Shown here: one piece after another, positions 1-9,108 of the stretch
Layout of the letters: every line of letters starts with the position of its first letter
Numbering within the stretch: position 1 is the stretch's first letter
Assembly: GCA_002311645.1 (NCBI GenBank)
Contig: DBYW01000003.1
Coordinates: 166,567-230,566, forward strand
DNA from: Bacteroidales bacterium UBA1176
GTDB lineage: Bacteria > Bacteroidota > Bacteroidia > Bacteroidales > WCHB1-69
Length of the DNA: 64,000 bases
Direction: 5' to 3'
Notes under the pieces: model-generated
The model's input: the letters and a program-made list of their open reading frames with translations, nothing else
What the model was told of the DNA's origin: nothing
The model's database searches: none
Position numbers and translations under genes: made by a program

Positions 1-1
1 G

Positions 2-1183
2 ATGGATATTGTGGGCAACCCCGAGCGAAGACTGAAAGCGGTGCACATTGCGGGCACCAACGGCAAAGGCTCTGTCGCGCACCTGATGGCCTCCTACTGT
101 CAGGAACGCGGTCTCAAAACCGGCCTGTTCACCTCGCCGCACTTAGTGGACTTTCGCGAACGCATCCGCATCGATGGACAGATGATTCCCGAAGAGGATG
201 TGGTGGACTTCTTCCGCCTGTTCAAGCCACGCTTCGACACGTTAGAGCCCTCATTCTTCGAAATGACCACAGCCTTGGCCTTCTACTATTTCGCCCAACA
301 GGATGTGGATGTCGCCATCATCGAAGTGGGCTTGGGAGGGCGTCTGGACTGCACGAATGTTTTGCACCCGCTGCTTTCCATCATCACCAACATCACATTG
401 GAACACACCAAATTATTGGGCGACACCATCGCCAAGATCGCCTTTGAGAAAGCGGGCATCATCAAGGCCGACACGCCTGTGGTCGTCGGGGAGTTCCATC
501 CCGAAAGTTTTCCCGTCTTCACCGACATCGCCAACCAGCGGAACGCCCCGCTCTTCTTAGCGGAAGAGAACTACACTGTGGCGGGTGACCTTGCCGACTG
601 CACGATTCTCGACTTTGAGGGAAAGGTGTTGTACGAGCACCTGCATTTGCCCGTCATGGGTGAATACCAACGCAAGAATCTGGCCACTTTTCTGCAAGCG
701 GTCGAGGTGTTCGAGCAACTGTGGCCTACCGACAAGGACGTATTGCGCCCCGCCATGGAAAATATGGTGAAGAATACCGGACTATGCGGCCGATGGCAGG
801 TGTTGCGCCGCGACCCACTGACGCTGTGCGATGTAGGGCACAACCCTGGTGGACTCTCGCTCACCATGCGCCAGTTAGAAGCCATGCCATGCCGCCAACT
901 GCGCATGGTTTTCGGCATGGTCAACGACAAAGACGTGGATCACGTCATCCCCCTGTTGCCCAAGAAAGCCATCTACTATGTGTGCCGTTCCAACAACGAG
1001 CGCGCCATCCCCTCCGCACAGTTGGCCGAAATGCTGTCGGCACACGGCCTGAACTGCCGCACCCTCGGCACCGTCGCCGACGCATTCGCCGCCGCCGAGC
1101 GCGACTGCTCCCCCGACGATATCCTCTTCGTCGGCGGAAGTTGCTTCGTAGTGGGAGACCTTTTGGAAAGATTAGACCATTAA
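2..1183 (+). CDS. folC: Folylpolyglutamate synthase/dihydrofolate synthase (5' end outside window)
   Basis: The ORF is open to the window edge. It has the Mur-ligase P-loop HIAGTNGKGS and a FolC-like C-terminal domain. Confidence 0.85.
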   Translation: MDIVGNPERRLKAVHIAGTNGKGSVAHLMASYCQERGLKTGLFTSPHLVDFRERIRIDGQMIPEEDVVDFFRLFKPRFDTLEPSFFEMTTALAFYYFAQQDVDVAIIEVGLGGRLDCTNVLHPLLSIITNITLEHTKLLGDTIAKIAFEKAGIIKADTPVVVGEFHPESFPVFTDIANQRNAPLFLAEENYTVAGDLADCTILDFEGKVLYEHLHLPVMGEYQRKNLATFLQAVEVFEQLWPTDKDVLRPAMENMVKNTGLCGRWQVLRRDPLTLCDVGHNPGGLSLTMRQLEAMPCRQLRMVFGMVNDKDVDHVIPLLPKKAIYYVCRSNNERAIPSAQLAEMLSAHGLNCRTLGTVADAFAAAERDCSPDDILFVGGSCFVVGDLLERLDH

Positions 1184-1211
1184 ACGAGCGGGCGGCCTAT
1201 GCCCGCGTTGG

Positions 1212-2249
1212 CTATATGGTAGTGTGCACGTACCCGCGCCATTTGGCGAGCACAGCCTGGAAATCGTCGGGAAGTTCCGAATCAAACAGGATGAACTTGC
1301 CGGTAGTGGGGTGTACAAAACCAAGCGACTTGGCATGAAGCGCCTGCCGGGGCATGAGGGCGAAACAATTGCGAATAAACTGCTGATATTTGGAGAACGT
1401 CGTGCCTTTCAGGATATGACTTCCACCATACGACTCGTCGTTGAAGAGCGGATGACCGATGGATTGCAGATGGACGCGGATCTGGTGCGTGCGCCCCGTT
1501 TCCAGCTGGCACTCCAAGAGCGTCACATAGCCAAAACGCTCGACCACTTTCCAATGGGTTACGGCATGCTTTCCACGCTCGTCGCCCTCGGGGAAGACAG
1601 TCATCACCATACGGTCCCTCGGATTACGCCCCACATTGCCCACGATGGTGCCGGAGTCTTCGGGAAAATCGCCCCACGCGATGGCGTAATATTTGCGCTC
1701 AAGGTCGTGGTTGAAGAAAACCTTGGCCAAGCGCATTTGGGACAGTTCGTTTTTAGCGACGACCAGCAAGCCGGAGGTGTTTTTGTCGATGCGATGCACT
1801 AACAGCGGACGAACAGGCGAGCCATCGGGCAACTGCTGCTTGCCCAGATAGTGATAGAGGGCATTGACCATAGTACCCGTATAGTTGCCATATGCAGGGT
1901 GCACCACCATGCCCGCCGCCTTGTTGACAATCAGCAGGTCATCGTCTTCGTATGGAATATCGAGCGGAATGTCTTCCGGCAAGATTTCCGTGTCACGCGG
2001 AGGGTTGGGCATGAGCACGGAGATGATATCGTTAGGATGGACCTTGTAGTTCTGCTTCTCCGCCTTGCCGTTCACAAGTATGCAGCCAGCCTTGGCCGCT
2101 TGCTGAATCTTGCTGCGGGAGGTATGGCGCATGATATTAAACAGGTATTTGTCGATGCGCAACAACTCCGTGCCGGGGTCAACGACAAAGCGAAAATGTT
2201 CGTATAGTTCGTTGGCTTCCTGCTGGGGCGTTTCTTCGATCTCTTGCAT
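1212..2249 (-). CDS. rluD: RluA/RluD-family 23S rRNA pseudouridine synthase
   Basis: 345-aa ORF with an S4-like N-terminus and the catalytic motif HRIDKNTSGLL. Confidence 0.85.
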   Translation of the reverse strand: MQEIEETPQQEANELYEHFRFVVDPGTELLRIDKYLFNIMRHTSRSKIQQAAKAGCILVNGKAEKQNYKVHPNDIISVLMPNPPRDTEILPEDIPLDIPYEDDDLLIVNKAAGMVVHPAYGNYTGTMVNALYHYLGKQQLPDGSPVRPLLVHRIDKNTSGLLVVAKNELSQMRLAKVFFNHDLERKYYAIAWGDFPEDSGTIVGNVGRNPRDRMVMTVFPEGDERGKHAVTHWKVVERFGYVTLLECQLETGRTHQIRVHLQSIGHPLFNDESYGGSHILKGTTFSKYQQFIRNCFALMPRQALHAKSLGFVHPTTGKFILFDSELPDDFQAVLAKWRGYVHTTI

Positions 2250-2255
2250 AGTGCG

Positions 2256-4709
2256 CTAACGGTTACAAGCACGACACATGATGGTCTTCGCTTCCTCGTT
2301 TTCCAATACCACTACAGGCAATTTGTCAAAAAGGCCGCAAAGACGCGTGGGGTTTTTATCGGCAGCCACCTTGACAGCCTTTGTGAAAAAAGGACTGAGA
2401 TAGGTCTGCTCACGATGCGCGGCCATGGAAATGTAGGAGAAAATGAAGTCGTCGGAGACAGTGGCATCGTCCAAGAATGGCTCCATCAAGGAGAGCGCAT
2501 ACATATAGTCGCGTTGCATGGCAAAGCGGGAGGCCAACTTGTAGGCATTTTGCCAGCTATCCATCACTGGATTACGGATTTCCTTGATCTTCTGGAACGT
2601 AGAGGCCAACAATGCGGTGGTTTCCGTTGTGGCAGGAACGGAAGAGAGATAGTCCACAATCTTCATCTGATACTCCATATTGATGGCGTTCACACGGTCC
2701 TTGGGGATGCCGGGCGTGGAGTAAAGTTTGTCGATATTGGCCTGCGTCTTGGTGATATCTGCCGTGGAAGTGATGTTTTTCTGGAAGACATCGCAAACGA
2801 CAATGTTATACAACAGCTGCGCATTTGCGGTGTTGAGATTATAGATGGTGTTCATCTCTGCCGACATGGCTTCAGTCAGCTTGGACGACAGGTAGTACTG
2901 CATATACAGGCGGTTGTTGAGCAGGGCCTGGTTCTCCTTGTTCTTCGGGATGACCATATCCTTGAGTGGCCCGGTGGTGTAGTTGCCGGCCTCGACCTGA
3001 CCTATGATATAATTCTCGATGGCCATGGCCAACGGACGGTTCTTTTCGGAGAGCACCTTGTTGAATTTCCAGACGGCGAAGGCCTGTTCACGCTGTTTGG
3101 TGTCAACCAGATAGTTGATGTGATATTTGATTTCATAGTAGCGGCACGGTGCAAGAAATGCGCTGTCCAGAGATTTGACGGCCCATGTGTCGCTCTTGAG
3201 CTGGCGTGCGCATTCGTCCAATGTAAGGAAACTCAAGTCGTAATAGGTTTCATCGTTGACGATCTTTTTCTTGAAATCTTCCCAACAATAGTCGTACGTA
3301 ACCGTCACCTGCGTGCCCGGATGCTTGGCCAAAATACTCTTTTTAAGGAAATCGACGCGTTTTTCCTGAATCTTCTGATAAGCGGCGTCCTTGTAATAAT
3401 TGGGGGAGTTGTGGGCGATGATCTCAATACTGTTAAGTTGGTAATCCGGCACATCAGAAGTGCCCAGTTTATCCTCGTATGCTGCGGTTGTATAATCCGT
3501 CTTCTTCAGCTCATACGGGAAGGTGACGCTAAAATCACCCTCCTCGGGGGCGACGGTCCATTCGCCTTTGGGTTTAATACTGGTGAGATCTTTGATAAAG
3601 TTGACCTTCTCAGAGTAAGAGGCATTCTTTGTCTCGATGGCCTTCGGTATAATCGTGCGGCAGACGCGGTTGCCCTCCTTGAGCACAAGGATATGGATGT
3701 CAAAATCATTGTCCTCGATGGTTTCCGGCACGTCGCAGATCTTGGCGATAAGTTTGCCCGACTTGAGGTTGGAATTCTCGTTGAGTTCCATGAGAGACTC
3801 GAAAGTAATGGGCTTGGTGACGGTGCCGCGATGGGAGAGGTCATAGTCGACCGTGGCATCGTCGCATTGATATTGTGAGTGCTGCACAAAGTCGAGAGCA
3901 ATGGCATCACCCTCCTTGCCTATGAGTTTCTTCAGTCCTTTATAGTCGTCGCAGTTGAGATACACCTCGCCGTTTTTGTTCGCAGAGACCATCTCGGAGA
4001 GAGACTCCAGCCCTGGTTCGGCGGCGCATTTCTTGCACACTTTGTCGTCATAAGACTTCAATCCCGCCTGGCCCTTGGTATAGGGCACATTTCTGGCGCT
4101 GTAGGGGGGACGGTGTATGTTAAAGGTCCTGTCGTTGCCAAGCACGAACGAGAAATACATGTTTTTCATCATGTCGTCGGTGCGGAATCCTATGCCGAGG
4201 TAGGAATATTGCTTGTCAAGCAGCACCTCTGCGGTCTTGACGTTCTTGAGGATGGTCTGCAGGGCGGCGAGACACAGATCGTAGTAAGAATACTCCGTTT
4301 CACCGAGATAGGCCTTCACCTTGGTCACCAGTTCATCGCCATTGCCGGACATGCCATATTTGCGCAGGCGATAGTAGGTGGTCTTGTAGGGTGCGTAGTT
4401 GTCAAGGGTTTTCTCGTCTTTCGAGCCTTGGAAGTCTGCCTGAAACGACGCGCACGAGTCCAAGCGAATATCCGTTTTGAATGCGGGCAGGAAGCAAAAC
4501 TGCGCCCGTGCGGCGTTGATCATGTCGGACATGCAACTGTACAGGATCCTCTCGTCATAGTTGTTCGGCGCGAAATTGCGGGAATACTTGACATTTTCCT
4601 GCAGCGGCTTCGGATCGAATCCAGCATAGGGACTTTCGGTCTGGGAAAACGACATATTGCTGATAAAGAGCAATATAGATATTAGCAGGAGGGTGATTTT
4701 TCTACTCAT
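2256..4709 (-). CDS. Secreted hypothetical protein, 817 aa
   Basis: Long ORF with signal peptide MSRKITLLLISILLFISNMSFSQ and no motif I recognise. Its stop lies 6 nt from the rluD start on the same strand. Confidence 0.7.
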   Translation of the reverse strand: MSRKITLLLISILLFISNMSFSQTESPYAGFDPKPLQENVKYSRNFAPNNYDERILYSCMSDMINAARAQFCFLPAFKTDIRLDSCASFQADFQGSKDEKTLDNYAPYKTTYYRLRKYGMSGNGDELVTKVKAYLGETEYSYYDLCLAALQTILKNVKTAEVLLDKQYSYLGIGFRTDDMMKNMYFSFVLGNDRTFNIHRPPYSARNVPYTKGQAGLKSYDDKVCKKCAAEPGLESLSEMVSANKNGEVYLNCDDYKGLKKLIGKEGDAIALDFVQHSQYQCDDATVDYDLSHRGTVTKPITFESLMELNENSNLKSGKLIAKICDVPETIEDNDFDIHILVLKEGNRVCRTIIPKAIETKNASYSEKVNFIKDLTSIKPKGEWTVAPEEGDFSVTFPYELKKTDYTTAAYEDKLGTSDVPDYQLNSIEIIAHNSPNYYKDAAYQKIQEKRVDFLKKSILAKHPGTQVTVTYDYCWEDFKKKIVNDETYYDLSFLTLDECARQLKSDTWAVKSLDSAFLAPCRYYEIKYHINYLVDTKQREQAFAVWKFNKVLSEKNRPLAMAIENYIIGQVEAGNYTTGPLKDMVIPKNKENQALLNNRLYMQYYLSSKLTEAMSAEMNTIYNLNTANAQLLYNIVVCDVFQKNITSTADITKTQANIDKLYSTPGIPKDRVNAINMEYQMKIVDYLSSVPATTETTALLASTFQKIKEIRNPVMDSWQNAYKLASRFAMQRDYMYALSLMEPFLDDATVSDDFIFSYISMAAHREQTYLSPFFTKAVKVAADKNPTRLCGLFDKLPVVVLENEEAKTIMCRACNR

Positions 4710-4846
4710 GGCACATTGTTTTTTTGCATTGTTTTTTGAGAAAGCAATAATAATAAAAATTTGTCACACTCGCCACCCCGTTTCGGTGTGTTTTTACTGT
4801 TTATAACTTTTTTATAATTAATGGTTGAATGATATAAAAAAAAGTG

Positions 4847-4854
4847 TACTTTTG
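4847..4854 (+). promoter_or_regulatory. Bacteroidetes-type -7 box TACTTTTG upstream of rpmH
   Basis: Matches the TAnnTTTG consensus 40 nt before the rpmH ATG. It lies within a 19-nt string identical to one upstream of rpmB. Confidence 0.5.
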
Positions 4855-4894
4855 CGCCCTCAAAAAATGCAAGTAAAATAAACGTAATAGAAAG

Positions 4895-5053
4895 ATGAAA
4901 AGAACATTTCAACCCTCCAACGAGAGACGCAGAAACAAGCATGGTTTCAGAGAGAGAATGTCCACCGCCAACGGACGCCGCGTATTGGCTGCTCGCAGAG
5001 CGAAAGGACGCAAGAAGCTGACCGTTTCCGACGAGAGTCTGGGCAGAAAATAA
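4895..5053 (+). CDS. rpmH: 50S ribosomal protein L34
   Basis: 52-aa ORF, too short for the ORF track: [52 protein letters not shown]. This is the classic L34 sequence. Confidence 0.92.
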   Translation: MKRTFQPSNERRRNKHGFRERMSTANGRRVLAARRAKGRKKLTVSDESLGRK

Positions 5054-5078
5054 TTCAGCCCATAGCGTTTTCAACAAT

Positions 5079-5108
5079 AAAAAGAAGGCTGACCGTCTTC
5101 TTTTTTTT
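5079..5108 (+). terminator. Rho-independent terminator after rpmH
   Basis: AAGAAG/CTTCTT stem followed by a T-run of 8 or more. Confidence 0.6.
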
Positions 5109-5165
5109 GTATTTTCGCCGCCCCTTTTTGACAAAAGGCAACAGACTTAACCAACAACCTGTTCT

Positions 5166-6515
5166 ATGAAGAAGTTCGTCACTGTGTTCCTGCTTGCCAC
5201 GTGCTGCCTCATAGCCTGCGCGCAAGGTGGCGGTGTGCCCGTCGACGGCATCGTCGCCGTCATCGGGAAGGACATCATCATGCAGTCTGACCTCGAGAAG
5301 CACTATCTCGACTACACCTCCCAGTTCAAGACTGTGGAAGACCCCTTCGAGACCAAGTGCTACGTCTTGGAGACACTCGTCTTCAACAAGCTCATGGTCA
5401 ACCAAGCCGACCTTGACAGCATAGAGGTTTCCGACGAGGAGGTGGACTACCGCATCAACTCCCGCATCGCCTATTTCCTCCAGCAGGTGGGTGGCGACGA
5501 GAAGTTCATCGAGAACTATTTCCACAAGTCCATGGCTCAAATCAAGAAGGAGATGCGCGAGATGATGTACGAGCAGGCGCTCATCGAGCAGGTGCAGTAC
5601 AAAATCACCGGCAACATCACCATCACCCCGTCCGAAGTCAAGAAATTCGCCGCCGGCATTTCCACCGACAGCATGCCGATGGTGCCCACCTCCTACCAGT
5701 TCGGCGAGATTGTCAAGATTCCGCCCGTGAGCGACGAGGAGGTGGAAGCTGTCAAGAAGCGTCTCAACGAATACCGCGAGCGTATTCTGCGGGGCGAGAA
5801 AATCTCCATGTTGGCACGTCTCTACTCCGATGACCCAGGCAGCGCCTCCAAGGGCGGTGACCTCGGCTTCGTGGAACGCGGCACCCTCTACCCCGAGTTC
5901 GAGGCGGCCGCCTTCAACCTCAAATCAGGCGAAGTTTCCCAAATCGTCAAGACCCAAGCCGGCTACCACATCATCCAGATGATTGAGCGCAGGGGCGAGT
6001 CCATCCACGTGGCCCACATCCTCATCCAACCCAAGCCCTCCACCGACGAGCAGGTCCGCGCCATCACATACCTCGACAGCGTACGCGCCATCATCGTCAA
6101 CGAAAAACTCGACATCGACCAGGCCGCCAAACGTTTCTCCGAAGGATCCTCCCGGGAAAACGGCGGACTTGCAGTCAACCCCTACACCAACTCCAACAGT
6201 TTTGACAAGCAATCCCTCGACGAAACGACCTTCATGACACTCAACAAGCTCATCCCCGGCGAGTATTCCGAATGCGTGCCCTTCGTCAACGACGACGGTG
6301 TCATGGCCTATCGCCTTCTCTACCTCAAGGAGAAAGTGGCCGAACACAAGGCCAACATCGTGGAGGACTACGACATGATCAAGAACGCCGCCCTTGAAGA
6401 GAAGAAGTACAACGCCCTCCAAAAATGGGTCGTCGACAAAGTGAAAGTCACCAGCATTAAATTAAGTGAACAATATAAGGACTGCGATTTCGTTACCAAA
6501 TGGCAGATTCCGTAA
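5166..6515 (+). CDS. SurA-like peptidyl-prolyl cis-trans isomerase (parvulin type)
   Basis: Signal peptide plus a parvulin core: GGDLGFVERGTLYPEFEAAAFNLKSGEVSQIVKTQAGYHIIQMIERRG. Confidence 0.8.
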   Translation: MKKFVTVFLLATCCLIACAQGGGVPVDGIVAVIGKDIIMQSDLEKHYLDYTSQFKTVEDPFETKCYVLETLVFNKLMVNQADLDSIEVSDEEVDYRINSRIAYFLQQVGGDEKFIENYFHKSMAQIKKEMREMMYEQALIEQVQYKITGNITITPSEVKKFAAGISTDSMPMVPTSYQFGEIVKIPPVSDEEVEAVKKRLNEYRERILRGEKISMLARLYSDDPGSASKGGDLGFVERGTLYPEFEAAAFNLKSGEVSQIVKTQAGYHIIQMIERRGESIHVAHILIQPKPSTDEQVRAITYLDSVRAIIVNEKLDIDQAAKRFSEGSSRENGGLAVNPYTNSNSFDKQSLDETTFMTLNKLIPGEYSECVPFVNDDGVMAYRLLYLKEKVAEHKANIVEDYDMIKNAALEEKKYNALQKWVVDKVKVTSIKLSEQYKDCDFVTKWQIP

Positions 6516-6531
6516 AAACCAGTAACAAACT

Positions 6532-7512
6532 ATGGATTTGAACACAAAAAACGACGTGGAAGCCATTGAGGCTTTCGTTGACAAATACAAACAGTTGCGC
6601 CGCGAGATTGCCAAGGTCATCGTGGGACAGGACGAAGTGGTGAAGAACATTCTCATGGCCATGTTCAGCCGCAGCCATGCCCTCCTGATCGGCGTGCCCG
6701 GCCTGGCCAAGACGTTGATGATCACCACCATCGCCAAGGCCGTGGACATGAGCTACAACCGTATCCAGTTCACGCCCGACCTGATGCCATCCGACATCAT
6801 GGGCGCGGAGATCCTGGATGACAGCCGCAACTTCAAATTCGTCAAAGGCCCCATTTTCGCCAACATCGTTCTGGCCGACGAGATCAACCGTACGCCGCCC
6901 AAAACGCAATCCGCACTGCTGGAAGCCATGCAGGAACGTTCCGTCAGTATGAACGGCACCACCTACGCCTTGCCCGACCCGTTCTTCGTGTTGGCCACCC
7001 AGAACCCCATCGAGCAAGAGGGCACCTACCCGCTGCCGGAAGCCCAGCAGGACCGTTTCATGTTCAACATCATGCTCGACTACCCTTCCATGGAGGAGGA
7101 GCAGCAAATCGTGAAGAGCACCATCCATGGTGCCATGCAGGAGCCTGACCGCGTGCTCACCGTGGAAGACATCATCTTCTATCAAAAGCTGTTGCAGAAG
7201 ATCCCCGTTCCGGAGAACGTCTACCGTTACGCCGTGAAGCTCTCCACGCTCACCCGTCCCGGCACAGCCCTTGCCCACCCTTGGGCCAACGACTACCTTT
7301 CCTGGGGCGCCGGCCCGCGCGCATCCCAGTTCCTGATCATCGGCGCCCGCACCCACGCCGTGCTCGACGGCAAGTACTCGCCCGATATCGAAGACGTAAA
7401 AGCTGTGGCATACAACATCTTACGTCACCGTATCATCAAAAACTACAAGGCCGAAGCCGAAGGCATCACCGTCGAGCAGGTCATCGACAAGCTTCTCGCG
7501 GCCGCTGAATAG
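6532..7512 (+). CDS. MoxR-family AAA+ ATPase
   Basis: Walker A GVPGLAKT, Walker B LADEINR, and the typical MoxR length of 326 aa. Confidence 0.85.
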   Translation: MDLNTKNDVEAIEAFVDKYKQLRREIAKVIVGQDEVVKNILMAMFSRSHALLIGVPGLAKTLMITTIAKAVDMSYNRIQFTPDLMPSDIMGAEILDDSRNFKFVKGPIFANIVLADEINRTPPKTQSALLEAMQERSVSMNGTTYALPDPFFVLATQNPIEQEGTYPLPEAQQDRFMFNIMLDYPSMEEEQQIVKSTIHGAMQEPDRVLTVEDIIFYQKLLQKIPVPENVYRYAVKLSTLTRPGTALAHPWANDYLSWGAGPRASQFLIIGARTHAVLDGKYSPDIEDVKAVAYNILRHRIIKNYKAEAEGITVEQVIDKLLAAAE

Positions 7513-7518
7513 CACCTC

Positions 7519-9018
7519 ATGAAAGACAATCTCCATGCCACCCGTTGGAAATGGCTGCTTTTTATCACGGCGGCCATCGTCTTTGTCTTCATACTTTTCT
7601 ATTCCAACCGACTTATCGGCAACATCGCCCAAGAAGAACGCAAGCGTATCGAGATCTGGGCTGGCGCCATCTCCTATAAAGCCCAGTTCGTCAACGAGAC
7701 CGACCGGTTCTTCCGTTCCATCAAGGTTGACGTGGGCAACAACGCCCGCATTGTAGCCGGTGCCATCAAGAAGGTCACGGAGGCCTCCCTCGACGAGGAC
7801 CTCACCTTCTACCAAGACATCATCTCCTCCAACACCTCCATCCCGATCATCGTCGCCAACCGCCGCGGGACAATCGACGCTGCCGTCAACCTGCCCGACT
7901 CCATCCAGGAAAAACACAACATCAGCGAACTCGGCGAAGCGCTCCAGGGGTTCGACAGCATCCGTCTTGCCTACTACGGACGCGACTACGTGACCGTCTA
8001 TTACCGGGAATCTCCCGCCGTGGTCGACCTCCACATTGTCATCGACACCCTCATCCAATCCTTCTTCCAAGAGACAGTCATCAATTCCGCCTCCGTACCC
8101 GTCATCATCACCGACAGCACCCAGCACAACGTGCTCAACGCCGGCAACATCGACACAGCCACATTGCAGGATCATGCAAAGCTGCAACAACGGCTGCAAA
8201 ACATGAAGGCACAAACACCCCCCATCGAGCTGGATCTTGTTGATCATGGCAGATGTTATGTTTTTTACGAGGAATCTTCAGTGTTGAAACAGCTCCGCTA
8301 TTTCCCGTTCATCCAATTTGGATTCATCCTTATCTTTCTCATCATTGGATATTTACTGTTCAGCACCACCCGTCGCTCCGAGCAGAACCGCGTCTGGGTG
8401 GGCATGAGCAAGGAAACCGCCCACCAGTTGGGCACCCCCATCTCATCTTTGATGGCCTGGACCGAATTGCTCAAGGAGATGCCCGTCGACCAATCCATTC
8501 CCACTGAAATCGAGAAGGATGTCCATCGCTTAGAGACCATTGCACAACGATTCTCCAAGATCGGCTCCGCGCCCGTGTTGGAGCCCAATGACTTGGTGAC
8601 AATCATCGACGAATTCTCCCAATACTTGCAATCGCGCATCTCGTCGATGGTCACCATCACGTTCCACAAGCCCGATCACGAAATAGTGCTGCCGCTGAAC
8701 CGCTATCTCTTCGAATGGGTCATCGAGAATCTCTGCAAGAACTCGGTCGACGCCATGGACGGCAAAGGCTTCATCAACATTGACATCACTGAGGAGAAGA
8801 AAAAAGTCTACATAGACATCGAAGACACCGGCAAGGGCATGCCTGCCAAGGTGCAGAAGCGCATCTTCTCCCCCGGCTTCACCTCCAAGAGCCGTGGCTG
8901 GGGCCTGGGCCTGACATTGGCACGCCGCATCATCAACGAATACCACAAAGGCAAGCTGTTCGTAAAGTCCTCCATCATTGACAAAGGAACGGTGATGCGG
9001 ATACAATTAAACAAATAG
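7519..9018 (+). CDS. Membrane sensor histidine kinase (no adjacent response regulator)
   Basis: Two predicted TM segments, H-box ETAHQLGTPIS, and HATPase G-boxes DTGKGM and GWGLGL. Confidence 0.8.
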   Translation: MKDNLHATRWKWLLFITAAIVFVFILFYSNRLIGNIAQEERKRIEIWAGAISYKAQFVNETDRFFRSIKVDVGNNARIVAGAIKKVTEASLDEDLTFYQDIISSNTSIPIIVANRRGTIDAAVNLPDSIQEKHNISELGEALQGFDSIRLAYYGRDYVTVYYRESPAVVDLHIVIDTLIQSFFQETVINSASVPVIITDSTQHNVLNAGNIDTATLQDHAKLQQRLQNMKAQTPPIELDLVDHGRCYVFYEESSVLKQLRYFPFIQFGFILIFLIIGYLLFSTTRRSEQNRVWVGMSKETAHQLGTPISSLMAWTELLKEMPVDQSIPTEIEKDVHRLETIAQRFSKIGSAPVLEPNDLVTIIDEFSQYLQSRISSMVTITFHKPDHEIVLPLNRYLFEWVIENLCKNSVDAMDGKGFINIDITEEKKKVYIDIEDTGKGMPAKVQKRIFSPGFTSKSRGWGLGLTLARRIINEYHKGKLFVKSSIIDKGTVMRIQLNK

Positions 9019-9108
9019 TCCGAATTCCCGGCACACCCAAATCCTCTCTTTTTCAAGAGAGACAACTACGGATAATCGCGATAGCGGCTAAGCTCCTGCC
9101 ATTTCCAT

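Noticed and set aside
1188-1206. Hairpins between convergent genes (GCGGGC/GCCCGC at 1188-1206; CTCTCTT/AAGAGAG at 9044-9061) as terminators
   Set aside because: The stems are short and have no flanking T-run on either strand, which is too weak to annotate.
2244-3878. 544-aa plus-strand ORF, and similar long antisense ORFs at 11721-12959, 12960-14264, 15015-16013, 48510-49457 and 6493-7356
   Set aside because: All lie fully inside better-supported genes on the opposite strand. Their translations are low-complexity (V/G/L/D-rich), as is typical of stop-poor antisense frames in GC3-rich genes.
4706-5134. 142-aa minus-strand ORF
   Set aside because: It is antisense to the unmistakable rpmH gene and its terminator, and spans an AT-rich promoter region.
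6532-9018. Bat (aerotolerance) operon, because of the MoxR gene
   Set aside because: The MoxR gene is followed by a histidine kinase, not by the DUF58/vWA/TPR genes that define the Bat cluster.
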